Source: an uncultured delta proteobacterium
Lineage (GTDB): Bacteria > Desulfobacterota > Desulfuromonadia > Geobacterales > Pseudopelobacteraceae
Direction: 5' to 3'
Assembly (NCBI GenBank): GCA_963772835.1
Contig: CAVYYZ010000001.1
Span: 96,001-160,000, forward strand
DNA: 64,000 bases
Below the pieces are notes generated by a model. That model did not search any database, was not told the DNA's origin, and was given only the letters and a program-made list of their open reading frames with translations. A program made the position numbers and the translations under genes. Below, piece by piece: positions 12,573-22,660 of the stretch (its first letter is position 1; each line of letters starts with the position of its first letter).

Positions 12573-13471
12573 TGCAAAGGAATGAGAGATTCGACAGCGC
12601 CGACCGGATCATTAAAATCGGATTTTGGGTTAATGCCGTCCTGATGATTATGAAGCTTTCTGCCGGGTACTGGGGGCGTTCTGATGCTGTTTTTGCCGAT
12701 GGTATCGAGAGCGCGTGCGATTTTGTCGCGATATTTGCGACCATGATGGCTCTCAAACTTGGCCGCCAACCCTTTGACGCCAATCACCCATACGGGCACG
12801 GCCGTGCTGAAAGTCTTGCCGCACTTCTGGTCTCTCTGGTTATCGCTGCTACCGGCGGCTGGATTCTTTACGAATCAGTAGCCAGCGTAATCATCGGGCA
12901 TTTTAAATCACCTGGATGGATAGCAGTTGCTGCGGCTGCACTGACGATCGGTATTAAAGAGTGGCTCTACCGCTTCTCGACACGTACCGGTAAAATGCTG
13001 GAAAGCCCGGCACTGCTGGCAATTGCAAAAGATCATCGGAAAGATGCGGTGACTTCAGTTTCTACTTTGATCGGCGTCATCGGTGCGTTTTTCGGGTGGG
13101 GGATTATGGATCCGATCGCCGCCGGATTGACATCGTTCTTTATCCTGCATATCGGATATCAGACGTTCCGGGAAGCTGCTCATGACCTGATGGACGGGAC
13201 AGCCCCGTCTGATTTTATTGATGCTCTGCAGGCACTTGCAGAAAGTGTCGAGCATGTAGATCATGTGCACGAAATGAGGGCACGCCGCTCAGGTCAGTAC
13301 ATGATCGTTGACTTGAAACTGGAAATGGATCCGGACATGACCGTTAAACAGTCTCATGACGTGGCTACCAGCGTAAAAAAACTTATCTTCGAACGCTATC
13401 CGGGGGTCGGTGATGTCATGATACACATTAATCCGCATGAAGAGGAACATGAGGACCTGATCAGGTTATGA
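12572..13471 (+). CDS. Cation diffusion facilitator (FieF/YiiP-like) metal efflux transporter
   Basis: HPYGHGRAE, DHRKD, C-terminal dimerisation domain (TVKQSHD...IHINP). ATG overlaps the recJ stop (TAATG). Confidence 0.92.
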   Translation: MQRNERFDSADRIIKIGFWVNAVLMIMKLSAGYWGRSDAVFADGIESACDFVAIFATMMALKLGRQPFDANHPYGHGRAESLAALLVSLVIAATGGWILYESVASVIIGHFKSPGWIAVAAAALTIGIKEWLYRFSTRTGKMLESPALLAIAKDHRKDAVTSVSTLIGVIGAFFGWGIMDPIAAGLTSFFILHIGYQTFREAAHDLMDGTAPSDFIDALQALAESVEHVDHVHEMRARRSGQYMIVDLKLEMDPDMTVKQSHDVATSVKKLIFERYPGVGDVMIHINPHEEEHEDLIRL

Positions 13472-14187
13472 AGCTGTGGCGTCTGCTGATTTCCCTTGAA
13501 CTCTGCCTGGGGTTACTGTCTTTGGTCTGTGTGCTCATGGCGGTCGGTTCTGTTACTCTTTCCGGAGAGTATGCTGCAACTATTAACAGCATACCACTGC
13601 TTGGGTGGCTGCGGGGCGCGCCATTCCCTGTTTCCTGGTGGCTCTGGGTGTCGCTCGTGTTTCTCGCTCTGCTGGCATTGAATACGATCCTCTGCTCTTC
13701 AGAAACTCTCTGGTCACGATGGGGAAAGTCCGGGGCGACTTCACTTCTGGCTCCACAACTGATGCATGCCGGGTTTCTGCTGATTGTGTGTGCCCATCTG
13801 CTGAGTGCCGTAGGGTCTTCGCATCATGCGGTAGAGGTAGGGGAGATGACACTCGCAGCTTTGCCGGACGGTACAAGGTTTGGTATCGCATCAATTACGG
13901 TCAAGACTTCTTCCCAGGGGATTCCGATTGGCTTCAGCAGTGAGCTGGTGCCTGATCTGAACAGACTCGCCGGGAGGGTTGTCATATCACCCAATAAGCC
14001 CTGGTTCTCTCATGGATTCGGAGTGTATATCAAGCAGGCGGAAGCGTATCCATTAAAGCGAGCGCTTCTTGAGATTCATCGGGAGCCGGGCGCTGCTATG
14101 GCACTGGCTGGAGCAATACTGTTTACGCTCGGAAATGTAATGCTTTTAGTGATCAGATCGAGACAGCGTGAGATTGACGTTTTCTAG
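13468..14187 (+). CDS. Membrane protein, ResB-like cytochrome c biogenesis family (tentative)
   Basis: Several TM segments, LALNTILCS and LMHAGFLLI motifs, and a C-terminal REPG+TM typical of ResB-like proteins. Confidence 0.55.
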   Translation: MKLWRLLISLELCLGLLSLVCVLMAVGSVTLSGEYAATINSIPLLGWLRGAPFPVSWWLWVSLVFLALLALNTILCSSETLWSRWGKSGATSLLAPQLMHAGFLLIVCAHLLSAVGSSHHAVEVGEMTLAALPDGTRFGIASITVKTSSQGIPIGFSSELVPDLNRLAGRVVISPNKPWFSHGFGVYIKQAEAYPLKRALLEIHREPGAAMALAGAILFTLGNVMLLVIRSRQREIDVF

Positions 14188-15462
14188 AGTGCCCCGACAG
14201 TTCTCTCCACCGCAACTTGTTATCAGGACAGATATCTCTTCGTTCACCAGCAATTTATCACCCGGGAAAGTAACAGAGATAAAATTGCGCGATAATCCGT
14301 TGCAGTGGCCGGATAAAGCGTTATACCCCTGTACCAGCACCCTGCGTTCCCTCCCTGCAAACCGCTCCAGAAATAATTTTTTTTTCAGTTGGGCTATACT
14401 GCGCAAACGGGCGGCCCGTCCGGTAATAATATGAGAGGGGACGTGTCCCGGAAATCCGGCCGCCCTCGTCCCGGGACGACTGGAATAGGGGAATACGTGC
14501 AGATCGGAGAACGGAAGATCTTCGATCAGTCTGGCAGACTCTTCGAATTCTTCATCGGTTTCTCCCGGGAATCCGGCGATCACATCAGCTCCGATAAATG
14601 CGTCCGGCATGGTTTCGGAAGTTCGTATCATCAGATCCCGGAAATAAGCAGCTGTGTACGGCCGTCCCATGCGGTCCAAAACAGAATTTGAGCCGCTCTG
14701 CAGGGGTAAGTGCAGGTGCGGGCAGATATTCTTTGAAGTAGCCATCAAATTAAGTAGTTCGTCACTGACCTCATTCGGTTCGAGAGATCCGATGCGCAGA
14801 CGGGGAATGATTGACTCGGCATCAATCTGCCTGATAATGGCTGTCAGTGTTGTCGGTATTGTGAGATCAAGGCCGTACGCGCCTAAATGGATGCCGGTAA
14901 GCACAATCTCCTTGAAACCGTTGGCAGCGAGATCGCGTATCCTCTGGATGATGTCTTCAGGTGTGACACTGCGGCTGCGTCCACGAGCATATGGGACGAT
15001 GCAGTAGCTGCAGAATGAGTTACAGCCGTTCTGAATCTGGAGAAAAGCGCGGGTATGCTCTGCAAAGCTGGTCAGCTTGAGCGGTTCGATCTGACTGGCC
15101 GTGGTAATGTCAGAAACCGACAGTTCGGCAGTTTCGATAAGGGTGGATATGACTAGTTTTTCCTGGTTACCGAGTACGCAGTCAAGCTCGGGCATTTTTT
15201 CCAATTCTCCAGGAGCTACCTGGGCGTAGCACCCGGTTGCAATAATGCGGGATAGTGGATTCAGCCGGCGCGCTCGGCGGATCAGGCGACGGGTTTCCGC
15301 ATCCGTTCGTGCGGTAACGGTGCATGAATTGATGATATAGATGTCAGAAAACTCGGTAAACGGAACGATTCGGTACCCGGCGGCTATCAACTGTTCAGTC
15401 ATGGCTGCCGATTCGAATTGATTGGTTTTACACCCCAGAGTGCTTATGGCAACACGTTTCAT
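14146..15462 (-). CDS. mtaB: tRNA t6A37 methylthiotransferase MtaB
   Basis: TLGCKTNQFES, INSCTVT, ATGCYAQ, radical SAM motif GCNSFCSYCIVPYARG, HVFPYSSRPGT. Confidence 0.92.
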   Translation of the reverse strand: MKRVAISTLGCKTNQFESAAMTEQLIAAGYRIVPFTEFSDIYIINSCTVTARTDAETRRLIRRARRLNPLSRIIATGCYAQVAPGELEKMPELDCVLGNQEKLVISTLIETAELSVSDITTASQIEPLKLTSFAEHTRAFLQIQNGCNSFCSYCIVPYARGRSRSVTPEDIIQRIRDLAANGFKEIVLTGIHLGAYGLDLTIPTTLTAIIRQIDAESIIPRLRIGSLEPNEVSDELLNLMATSKNICPHLHLPLQSGSNSVLDRMGRPYTAAYFRDLMIRTSETMPDAFIGADVIAGFPGETDEEFEESARLIEDLPFSDLHVFPYSSRPGTRAAGFPGHVPSHIITGRAARLRSIAQLKKKLFLERFAGRERRVLVQGYNALSGHCNGLSRNFISVTFPGDKLLVNEEISVLITSCGGENCRGTLENVNLTLSRSDH

Positions 15463-16814
15463 ATATTTATCGGGTCCTTTTCCAGTGAGACAAGTGTTCT
15501 GCTGACATAGATGACAACGATCAGCGCCGCCGACCATGTAATTCCGAATATTCCCCACCAGATGCCTGTCAACCCTAATCCCATGACTGAAGTAAACAGG
15601 TAGAATACGCATGCCGGACCGGCGATCTGGCGATACAGTCCGATAATGAGGCCGAACAGAGGCATTTTAATCCCCTGCATGGCTGAAATGGAGATGTAGA
15701 GCAGAACATACGCCGGCAGTACATATGCCTCAACCGTCAGAAACCCGACACCGGCTTCAATGACAGAGCGGTCTTTGGTGAAGAGCCCCATCAATTCGCG
15801 GCTGTACAGGAGTGCCCCGACAGTGCCGGACAGAGCCAGTATCACACCGTAAAAGAGCGAAACCCGAACTGTCTCACGGATACGGTTGAATTTTCCTGCA
15901 CCGAAATTTTGAGCAGTCAATGCAAGGGTGGCTATGTTCAGTCCCATAACCGGCAGAAGCGCAATCTGTTCAATACGTGTGCCTATGCCGTATGCTGCCA
16001 CGGCATGCTCACCGTAGCGTCCTGCGAACCAGGTAATGATGAAAATTCCGAGCGAGATAGTCATCATATTCATGGTTGAGGGAAACCCTTGCCTGAAAAG
16101 CTCGCGGAAATATATCCAGCGGGGACGAAGATCGGCAGGGTGTAAAGAAGGCATGCTCCCGGTTTTAAATATCTGGCTGAACAGGTAAAAAACTCCTGCG
16201 AACTGCACAAGCACGGTTGCCAAGGCTATTCCTGCCAGGCCTAATGCCGGAAGTCCTGCCCCGCCGTACATGAACCAGGGGTCTAGAATCAGATTGAGAA
16301 AAAAACCGCCGATTAGAAAGTTGCGGTACGGTAATGTGTTGCCATGTGAGTTGAGGATGGCGTTCATCGCGAAGTTTAGCAGAAAGAATGTGCTGCCGGC
16401 AAAAATTACATTCATGTAGCGTAAGGCATAGGCAAGGTATTCCCCACGGGCACCCATAATGGTGAAAATATATGGCGCAAGTATCAGGCCCGCGCCAGTG
16501 AGTAACAGAGCATGGATCAGGGTAAAAGAGAGAGATTGCGACAGAAAGAGACCGGCCTCGACCCGGTCGTTTCGGCCGAGGGCATTGCCGATCAGTGCAG
16601 TTGCACCGGTAGATATTCCTCCGCCGACGGCCAGGATCAGAAAAAATACCGGGAAGGAAAGCGACATCGCAGCCAGGGCAGAGGTCGATAGTTGCCCGCC
16701 ATACCAGGTGTCTACAACATTGAACATTGTGTTAAAGAAAAAACCTGTCCCGGCCGGTATTGCCAGGCGCCTGACGAGATGAGGTACTGGTGCGGATGTC
16801 AGATCTGAATTCAT
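15459..16814 (-). CDS. MATE family efflux transporter
   Basis: Highly hydrophobic; FNVVDTWYGG, NLILDPWF, AVAAYGIG.RIEQ. Confidence 0.92.
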   Translation of the reverse strand: MNSDLTSAPVPHLVRRLAIPAGTGFFFNTMFNVVDTWYGGQLSTSALAAMSLSFPVFFLILAVGGGISTGATALIGNALGRNDRVEAGLFLSQSLSFTLIHALLLTGAGLILAPYIFTIMGARGEYLAYALRYMNVIFAGSTFFLLNFAMNAILNSHGNTLPYRNFLIGGFFLNLILDPWFMYGGAGLPALGLAGIALATVLVQFAGVFYLFSQIFKTGSMPSLHPADLRPRWIYFRELFRQGFPSTMNMMTISLGIFIITWFAGRYGEHAVAAYGIGTRIEQIALLPVMGLNIATLALTAQNFGAGKFNRIRETVRVSLFYGVILALSGTVGALLYSRELMGLFTKDRSVIEAGVGFLTVEAYVLPAYVLLYISISAMQGIKMPLFGLIIGLYRQIAGPACVFYLFTSVMGLGLTGIWWGIFGITWSAALIVVIYVSRTLVSLEKDPINI

Positions 16815-16979
16815 GAAAACAGGGTAAGTTGTCAAGGTCCACGGGTCAAGAAAAAACACACAAACCGGTTGCTGGATTTCCGTCAGCGGTTTTAGTTGAA
16901 AAAACAGGAAAAAACAGCTAAAACGGAACACGATTTTATTTTTTTGAAAACTGATGTTGACTATATTCGGGAGGCACTC

Positions 16980-18548
16980 ATGAGTTTAATCAAGTTGTAT
17001 GATACAACACTGCGGGACGGAACCCAGGCCGAAGACATCTCCTTTCTGCTTGAGGACAAAATCCGCATTGCTCACAAGCTTGACGAATTAGGCGTTCACT
17101 ATATCGAGGGTGGATGGCCGGGCAGTAACCCAAAAGATGTCTCTTTTTTTAAAGATATTAAAAAGGAAAAGCTGAATCAAGCCAAAATTGCGGCATTTGG
17201 TTCCACCCGTCGTGCCAAGGTGACGCCTGATAAAGACAGCAATATAATTACGCTGGTAAAAGCAGAGCCGGATGCGATTACCATTTTCGGGAAATCGTGG
17301 GATTTTCATGTGCGCGAAGCGTTGCGTATTTCACTTGAGGAAAATCTTGAGCTGATTTTTGATTCCCTTGAATATCTTAAAAAGCATGCTCCCGAAGTTT
17401 TCTATGACGCCGAGCACTTCTTTGACGGTTACAAGGCGAATCCCGAGTACGCAATAAAAACTCTCCAAGCTGCAGAAAGTGCCAACGTTGACTGTATTAT
17501 TCTGTGCGACACCAACGGTGGCACGATGCCGTACGAGATTGCCGAAATAATCAAAAAAGTTAAAAAACATATCAAAATCCCGCTCGGCATACACACACAT
17601 AATGACGGTGAATGTGCCGTAGCCAACACTATGATTGCGGTTGAACAGGGAATTGTGCAGGTTCAGGGTACGATCAACGGGTTCGGTGAGCGATGCGGCA
17701 ACGCTAACCTCTGCTCGATCATTCCGGCACTGAAGGCCAAGATGAAGAAGGAATGTATTTCCGACGAACAGATGCGGCATCTGCGGGAGGTCTCCCGTTA
17801 CGTATATGAACTTGCCAATATTTCCCCGAACAAGCATCAGGCTTACGTTGGAAACTCCGCTTTCGCCCACAAGGGAGGCGTGCATGTCAGCGCCATCCAG
17901 CGTCATCCGGAAACCTACGAACATATGCGTCCGGAACTGGTCGGCAACTGTACCCGCGTACTGATTTCTGATCTGTCAGGGCGCTCCAATATTCTTGCAA
18001 AGGCAGAAGAGTTCAATATCAATCTAGACAGCAAAGATCCCGTTACAATGGAGATCCTTGATAACATTAAGGATATGGAGAACCGCGGGTATCAGTTCGA
18101 GGGGGCTGAAGCATCTTTTGAACTTTTGATGAAAAAGGCGCTCGGTTCTCACAAAAAGTTCTTCAGCGTGTTGGGCTTTCGTGTGATTGATGAAAAGCGC
18201 GGTGAAGATCAGAAGCCGATGGCAGAAGCAACTATCATGGTCAAGGTCGGCGGAAAAGTTGAACACACAGCCGCTGAAGGGAATGGCCCGGTCAATGCGC
18301 TTGATAATGCAATCCGTAAAGCGCTTGAGAAGTTCTATCCCAAGTTGAAGGAAGTAAAACTTCTGGATTATAAGGTTCGCGTACTGCCGGCAGGTCAGGG
18401 GACGGCATCATCGACACGAGTACTGATTGAATCCGGAGATAAACATGCCCGCTGGGGCACCGTCGGCGTTTCTGACAACATTATCGATGCATCATATCAG
18501 GCACTGATTGACAGCATCGACTATAAACTTCACAAATCTGAGGAGTGA
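16980..18548 (+). CDS. cimA: Citramalate synthase (LeuA/CimA family)
   Basis: [64 protein letters not shown]. Confidence 0.9.
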   Translation: MSLIKLYDTTLRDGTQAEDISFLLEDKIRIAHKLDELGVHYIEGGWPGSNPKDVSFFKDIKKEKLNQAKIAAFGSTRRAKVTPDKDSNIITLVKAEPDAITIFGKSWDFHVREALRISLEENLELIFDSLEYLKKHAPEVFYDAEHFFDGYKANPEYAIKTLQAAESANVDCIILCDTNGGTMPYEIAEIIKKVKKHIKIPLGIHTHNDGECAVANTMIAVEQGIVQVQGTINGFGERCGNANLCSIIPALKAKMKKECISDEQMRHLREVSRYVYELANISPNKHQAYVGNSAFAHKGGVHVSAIQRHPETYEHMRPELVGNCTRVLISDLSGRSNILAKAEEFNINLDSKDPVTMEILDNIKDMENRGYQFEGAEASFELLMKKALGSHKKFFSVLGFRVIDEKRGEDQKPMAEATIMVKVGGKVEHTAAEGNGPVNALDNAIRKALEKFYPKLKEVKLLDYKVRVLPAGQGTASSTRVLIESGDKHARWGTVGVSDNIIDASYQALIDSIDYKLHKSEE

Positions 18549-18659
18549 TTCCGATTTTAAATCAGCATGTAATCTTCGTCGGTTCATATCCGACCTTTCG
18601 TCGTACTTTTTTGTCCCTTTTCGCCGCATTGGCCCTACTGTCTTGATTTCAACCTTTAT

Positions 18660-19256
18660 TTGAAATCGGACAAACCTGGAGCGGAATCAGTGTGGCGGTT
18701 CGTAATGGTTGCATGTGCTGCACTACTTCTTGTGGCGCCGGCATTTAAAATCCGAAAGAGTTCCAAGGCTCCTGCTGTAACGGATTTTCGTGCATTCTCA
18801 AGCTGCAGTGTATTGGTCAAGGTCAGCGGGGATGTTGTTCATCCGGGTGTATACGAGATTGGCGCCAATAAAATGGCAGAGTGCGCCATAAAAATGGCTG
18901 AGCCATTGCGCCCGCTTGGTCTGCCACTAATTGAGCCGCTGGAAAACCGTTTGCTGAACGGGTCGACGGTAAACCTCTCGAGTATGGTTGATGGCAGCTA
19001 TGCGTTGAAGGTGGATCGGATGACGGTTGCTGAACGGTTGATTCTGAATATACCGCTCGATATTGCATCAATGAGTGAAGATGATTTTAGTAGCGTGCCA
19101 GGCATAGGTCCGGCTTTGGCCAGGCGCATATGCGTATATCGCCAAAAAAATGGCGGTTTAATGCGTATTGAAGACCTGGTCGGAATTGAAGGGATTGGTG
19201 AAAAGAAGTATAATCTACTTCTGACCTACTTTCAACATCCTGATAATACAAGATAA
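18660..19256 (+). CDS. ComEA-like SLBB plus helix-hairpin-helix DNA-binding protein
   Basis: VSGDVVHPGVY, DIASMSEDDFSSVPGIGPALARRI, IEGIGEKK. Confidence 0.8.
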   Translation: MKSDKPGAESVWRFVMVACAALLLVAPAFKIRKSSKAPAVTDFRAFSSCSVLVKVSGDVVHPGVYEIGANKMAECAIKMAEPLRPLGLPLIEPLENRLLNGSTVNLSSMVDGSYALKVDRMTVAERLILNIPLDIASMSEDDFSSVPGIGPALARRICVYRQKNGGLMRIEDLVGIEGIGEKKYNLLLTYFQHPDNTR

Positions 19257-19355
19257 AAAATAAAATATATTGATTTATTTAAATAATATTAGCCTTTGGC
19301 ATACATGGTGTAATGACCCCCCTGTCTTGACTTAATACGACACCCAGGGGGGGTT

Positions 19356-19511
19356 ATGCACTGTCCGCGTTGCAAGGGCCGCATGTTTGCAGAGAAATTT
19401 TATGATTTTGTCCGCTCTTTCGACGCATGGAAATGTACCTGTTGCGGGGAACTGCTGGATTCTACCATTCTTGCCAATCGGGCCAGGAACAACAACGCCC
19501 ATCTTGGCTAG
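19356..19511 (+). CDS. Small 51-aa zinc-ribbon-like protein (missing from the ORF track)
   Basis: MHCPRCKGRMFAEKFYDFVRSFDAWKCTCCGELLDSTILANRARNNNAHLG*. Two CxxC knuckles, G-rich RBS, own terminator. Confidence 0.8.
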   Translation: MHCPRCKGRMFAEKFYDFVRSFDAWKCTCCGELLDSTILANRARNNNAHLG

Positions 19512-19548
19512 TCCCAAATAAATAAAGAATGCTGCCACACGGCATCAC

Positions 19549-19575
19549 GGGAATCTGATTTCAGGTTCCCTTTTT
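19549..19575 (+). terminator. Intrinsic terminator after the small Zn-ribbon gene
   Basis: gggaatctga-tt-tcaggttccc followed by ttttt. Confidence 0.75.
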
Positions 19576-19652
19576 ATTTGACTCTGCATCTCTGACAGGT
19601 TAATGAACAGCTCCATGTTTTGATTTTTTACGATACCGAGGAGTTGTCATAT

Positions 19653-20369
19653 ATGAGAAATGATGGTCGCAATGCCGCCGTTTTACGTTCAATAATAATT
19701 ACACGCAATTTTACCAAACACGCCGAAGGCTCGGTGCTGATCGAATTCGGCGATACCAAGGTTCTCTGCACAGCATCGGTAGAGGAATCAGTGCCACCAT
19801 TTCTGAGGGGGAAAGGTACCGGTTGGGTAACCGCAGAATACGCAATGCTTCCCCGGGCCACACACACACGCTCTCCCAGAGAAGCGGCGAAAGGTAAGCA
19901 GACCGGCCGTACTTTGGAAATCCAGCGATTGATCGGCCGTTCTCTGCGAGCGGTGACTGATCTTGCAAAACTTGGTGAACGTTCAATATACATAGATTGT
20001 GATGTCATACAGGCAGATGGCGGGACACGTACTGCCTCAATAACCGGCGCGTATGTTGCCCTTTTTGATGCATTAACGACATTAAAGACGAAGGGATTAC
20101 TCACTGAAATTCCGCTCAAGGAAGCCGTTGCAGCTGTCAGTGTCGGCATTGTGGGCGGGAAAGCTCTGCTGGACCTGAATTATTTAGAGGATTCTGCAGC
20201 AGAAGTTGATATGAATTTTGTTATAACCTCCAGTGGACGTTTTGTAGAGGTGCAGGGTACGGCCGAAGCAGAACCCTTTACAAGCGCGGAAATGGACGCT
20301 ATGCGTGACTTGGCAGTCGATGGCGTGCAGCAGCTCTTTAAATTCCAGAAAGAAGCACTGGCAAAATGA
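19653..20369 (+). CDS. rph: Ribonuclease PH
   Basis: [49 protein letters not shown]. Confidence 0.97.
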   Translation: MRNDGRNAAVLRSIIITRNFTKHAEGSVLIEFGDTKVLCTASVEESVPPFLRGKGTGWVTAEYAMLPRATHTRSPREAAKGKQTGRTLEIQRLIGRSLRAVTDLAKLGERSIYIDCDVIQADGGTRTASITGAYVALFDALTTLKTKGLLTEIPLKEAVAAVSVGIVGGKALLDLNYLEDSAAEVDMNFVITSSGRFVEVQGTAEAEPFTSAEMDAMRDLAVDGVQQLFKFQKEALAK

Positions 20370-20959
20370 AACAACTGGTAGTAGCGACCCGTAATAAAGG
20401 CAAGATGCTTGAAATAAATTCCCTGCTGACTGGTTTGGTGGGCAAGATCTATAGCGCTTTAGATTTTATCGATTTTCCTGAGACAGTTGAAGACGGAACC
20501 ACATTCGAGGAAAATGCACTTAAAAAAGCACGTGAAGCCTCCCTCTATTCGGGGTTTCCGGCGCTGGCCGATGACTCCGGTCTGGTGGTTGTCTCCCTGA
20601 ATGGACGTCCCGGTGTTCTTTCGGCTCGTTATGCCACTACTGGCTCCGGTGATGCCGCAAATAATGCCAGGTTGCTGGACGAATGCCGGGATGTTCCTGA
20701 CGACCGGCGTCAGGCTGCTTTTGTCTGTGTTATGGCTTTTGTGACTCCGGAGGGCGATGAGCGGTTGTTTTCCGGGAGAGTTGAAGGTCGGATTCTTTCT
20801 GCCGAGCGGGGGGAGGGGGGCTTTGGTTATGATCCGCTTTTTCTTGTGGATGGTTTTGAACGAAGTATGGCAGAGCTGACATTAGCGGAGAAAAATTCAA
20901 TTAGCCACCGAGCACAGGCATTTATAAAATTCCGTGGGTATCTGGAAACGATTGAATAA
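20366..20959 (+). CDS. rdgB: dITP/XTP pyrophosphatase (RdgB/HAM1)
   Basis: [38 protein letters not shown]. Confidence 0.95.
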   Translation: MKQLVVATRNKGKMLEINSLLTGLVGKIYSALDFIDFPETVEDGTTFEENALKKAREASLYSGFPALADDSGLVVVSLNGRPGVLSARYATTGSGDAANNARLLDECRDVPDDRRQAAFVCVMAFVTPEGDERLFSGRVEGRILSAERGEGGFGYDPLFLVDGFERSMAELTLAEKNSISHRAQAFIKFRGYLETIE

Positions 20960-20975
20960 AAGGGAAACGTACACT

Positions 20976-22436
20976 GTGAAGAAAAACAATCAATTCGAAT
21001 ATGCGAAGAAAAAAAATGTACGAGAACCCGCACTAAAAACATCTGAGCCGGTGAGTGCCGATAAACCTTTCGTGCCTTTGACCCGTAAGGGGGTTCTGGA
21101 AATACGCATAACCTCCCTGGATGAAGACGGGTACGGTACATCCCGAAATGAAGACGGGATGACGCTCAAAGTTGGCGGGGCATTGCCTGGTGATGTGGTC
21201 CTGGCAGGTATCGACCATGTTGCCGGAGGCACGGCGTTTTGCCATGTAAAAAAAATGCTGCAGCCTTCCCAGCTTCGGAGCAACAATCCTCCTTGTCGCG
21301 AAAGTGCCGATTGTTTCGGCTGCCCGCTGATTGCGATGAAATATTCTGAACAAAAAAACTGGAAACGGGGCATGATTCTGGCCGAGATGGCCAAATATCC
21401 AAGTCTGTCAAACAGTTCCGTGCTGCCGGTGCTTTCTCCTGACAATTTGATTCATTACCGCACGACAGCTAAATTGACGGTAGCAGGCAAGTTTTCAGAA
21501 CCGTTTATCGGCATCTATCGTCGTGCCAGTCATGATGTCTATGATCTTGAGCAATGCCCGATCCATCATCCACTTATTGATAAGGTGGTTGAAGCTGTAC
21601 GAAGAGGAATCAAAAAAGGTAAGGTTCAGGTTTATAATCCGCAAAGCAAAATGGGACTGCTTCGCTATCTGGTTGTACGTGTCTCGACCTATGAAAAAAA
21701 AGCTATGGTTGTTTTTGTTACTTCAAGCCGGTCATTCAACGAAATCCATCATCTGGGGCGTTTTGTACAGGATCAGGTTCCAGAGGTTGAAATCGTTGTC
21801 CAGAATGTTAATCCGACTGAAGGCAACGTGATTATGGGGCAGAAAGATTATTTCCTGACCAAGAAATTGTATTTGACGGAGCGTATCGGCGACGTATCTT
21901 TCAGAATTTCACCACGATCATTTTTTCAGGTAAATAATAGCGGCGCCAACCTGATTTACAGTAAGGTAAACGAATGGGCCGGGCTTACCGGCGTTGAAAC
22001 GGTGCTTGACCTGTACTGCGGAATTGGCGGGATTGCGCTGTTCCTGGCAGGGTCCGCAAAAAATGTGATCGGTGTTGAAGTTGTTGAAGAAGCCGTAGCC
22101 GATGCTCGTATGAACGCTCGAATAAACGGAATCAAGAATTGCCGGTTCGAAGCCGGGGACGTTGCCGATCTGCTTGATGAGATGGCAGGAGAACAGCTCT
22201 CCGTCGATGTCGCCGTGCTGAATCCGCCTCGTAAAGGATGTGACCAAAGCGTGCTGGAGAGGGTTACAGCCCTCGGGCCGAAATTGATTCTTTACGTTTC
22301 ATGCTCTCCTCAAAGCCTAGCGCGGGATCTGGATATTCTAAACAAGTTAGGGTACAGCTGCAGTGAAATTCAACCGGTTGACATGTTTCCACAGACGGTG
22401 CATGTTGAAAACGTTGCCAGATTGTCTAAACAGTAA
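20976..22436 (+). CDS. rlmD: 23S rRNA (uracil-C5)-methyltransferase RlmD/RumA family
   Basis: Fe-S motif C..SADCFGC, SFFQVN, LDLYCGIG, NPPRKG, YVSC, VDMFPQTVHVE. Start uncertain (20934-20976). Confidence 0.88.
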   Translation: MKKNNQFEYAKKKNVREPALKTSEPVSADKPFVPLTRKGVLEIRITSLDEDGYGTSRNEDGMTLKVGGALPGDVVLAGIDHVAGGTAFCHVKKMLQPSQLRSNNPPCRESADCFGCPLIAMKYSEQKNWKRGMILAEMAKYPSLSNSSVLPVLSPDNLIHYRTTAKLTVAGKFSEPFIGIYRRASHDVYDLEQCPIHHPLIDKVVEAVRRGIKKGKVQVYNPQSKMGLLRYLVVRVSTYEKKAMVVFVTSSRSFNEIHHLGRFVQDQVPEVEIVVQNVNPTEGNVIMGQKDYFLTKKLYLTERIGDVSFRISPRSFFQVNNSGANLIYSKVNEWAGLTGVETVLDLYCGIGGIALFLAGSAKNVIGVEVVEEAVADARMNARINGIKNCRFEAGDVADLLDEMAGEQLSVDVAVLNPPRKGCDQSVLERVTALGPKLILYVSCSPQSLARDLDILNKLGYSCSEIQPVDMFPQTVHVENVARLSKQ

Positions 22437-22456
22437 CGTCGGGCAGTAAAATCAGC

Positions 22457-22485
22457 TTGACATCTATGGCGTAATTTGCTATTAC
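22457..22485 (+). promoter_or_regulatory. Sigma70-type promoter for tRNA-Val/thrS
   Basis: TTGACA-N17-TATTAC with a TG extension, 18 bp upstream of the tRNA. Confidence 0.6.
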
Positions 22486-22503
22486 TCTCCAGCTTTTTGA
22501 TGT

Positions 22504-22578
22504 AGGCGCGTAGCTCAGCGGGAGAGCGCTACCCTGACACGGTAGAGGTCGGCGGTTCGACACCGCCCGCGCCTACCA
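22504..22578 (+). tRNA. tRNA-Val(GAC)
   Basis: Cloverleaf aggcgcg...cgcgcct-acca, anticodon loop CT-GAC-AC, GGTTCGA T-loop. Confidence 0.96.
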
Positions 22579-22610
22579 TTAATGAAGCAGAGATGGAGCG
22601 AGCAGGATGC

Positions 22611-22641
22611 AGGCATCGATGTATCGATGCCTTTTCTGTTT
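22611..22641 (+). terminator. Hairpin plus U-tract between tRNA-Val and thrS (terminator or thrS operator)
   Basis: aggcatcga-tgta-tcgatgcct followed by tttctgttt. Confidence 0.6.
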
Positions 22642-22660
22642 GCCCCCTTAAAGGGAATTT

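Noticed and set aside
12512..16979. Long N-terminal extensions in the track for CDF, mtaB, MATE and cimA (also aor, uvrD, marR, cytochrome b)
   Set aside because: They overlap neighbouring genes or promoters; downstream starts with an RBS or stop-start coupling fit better.
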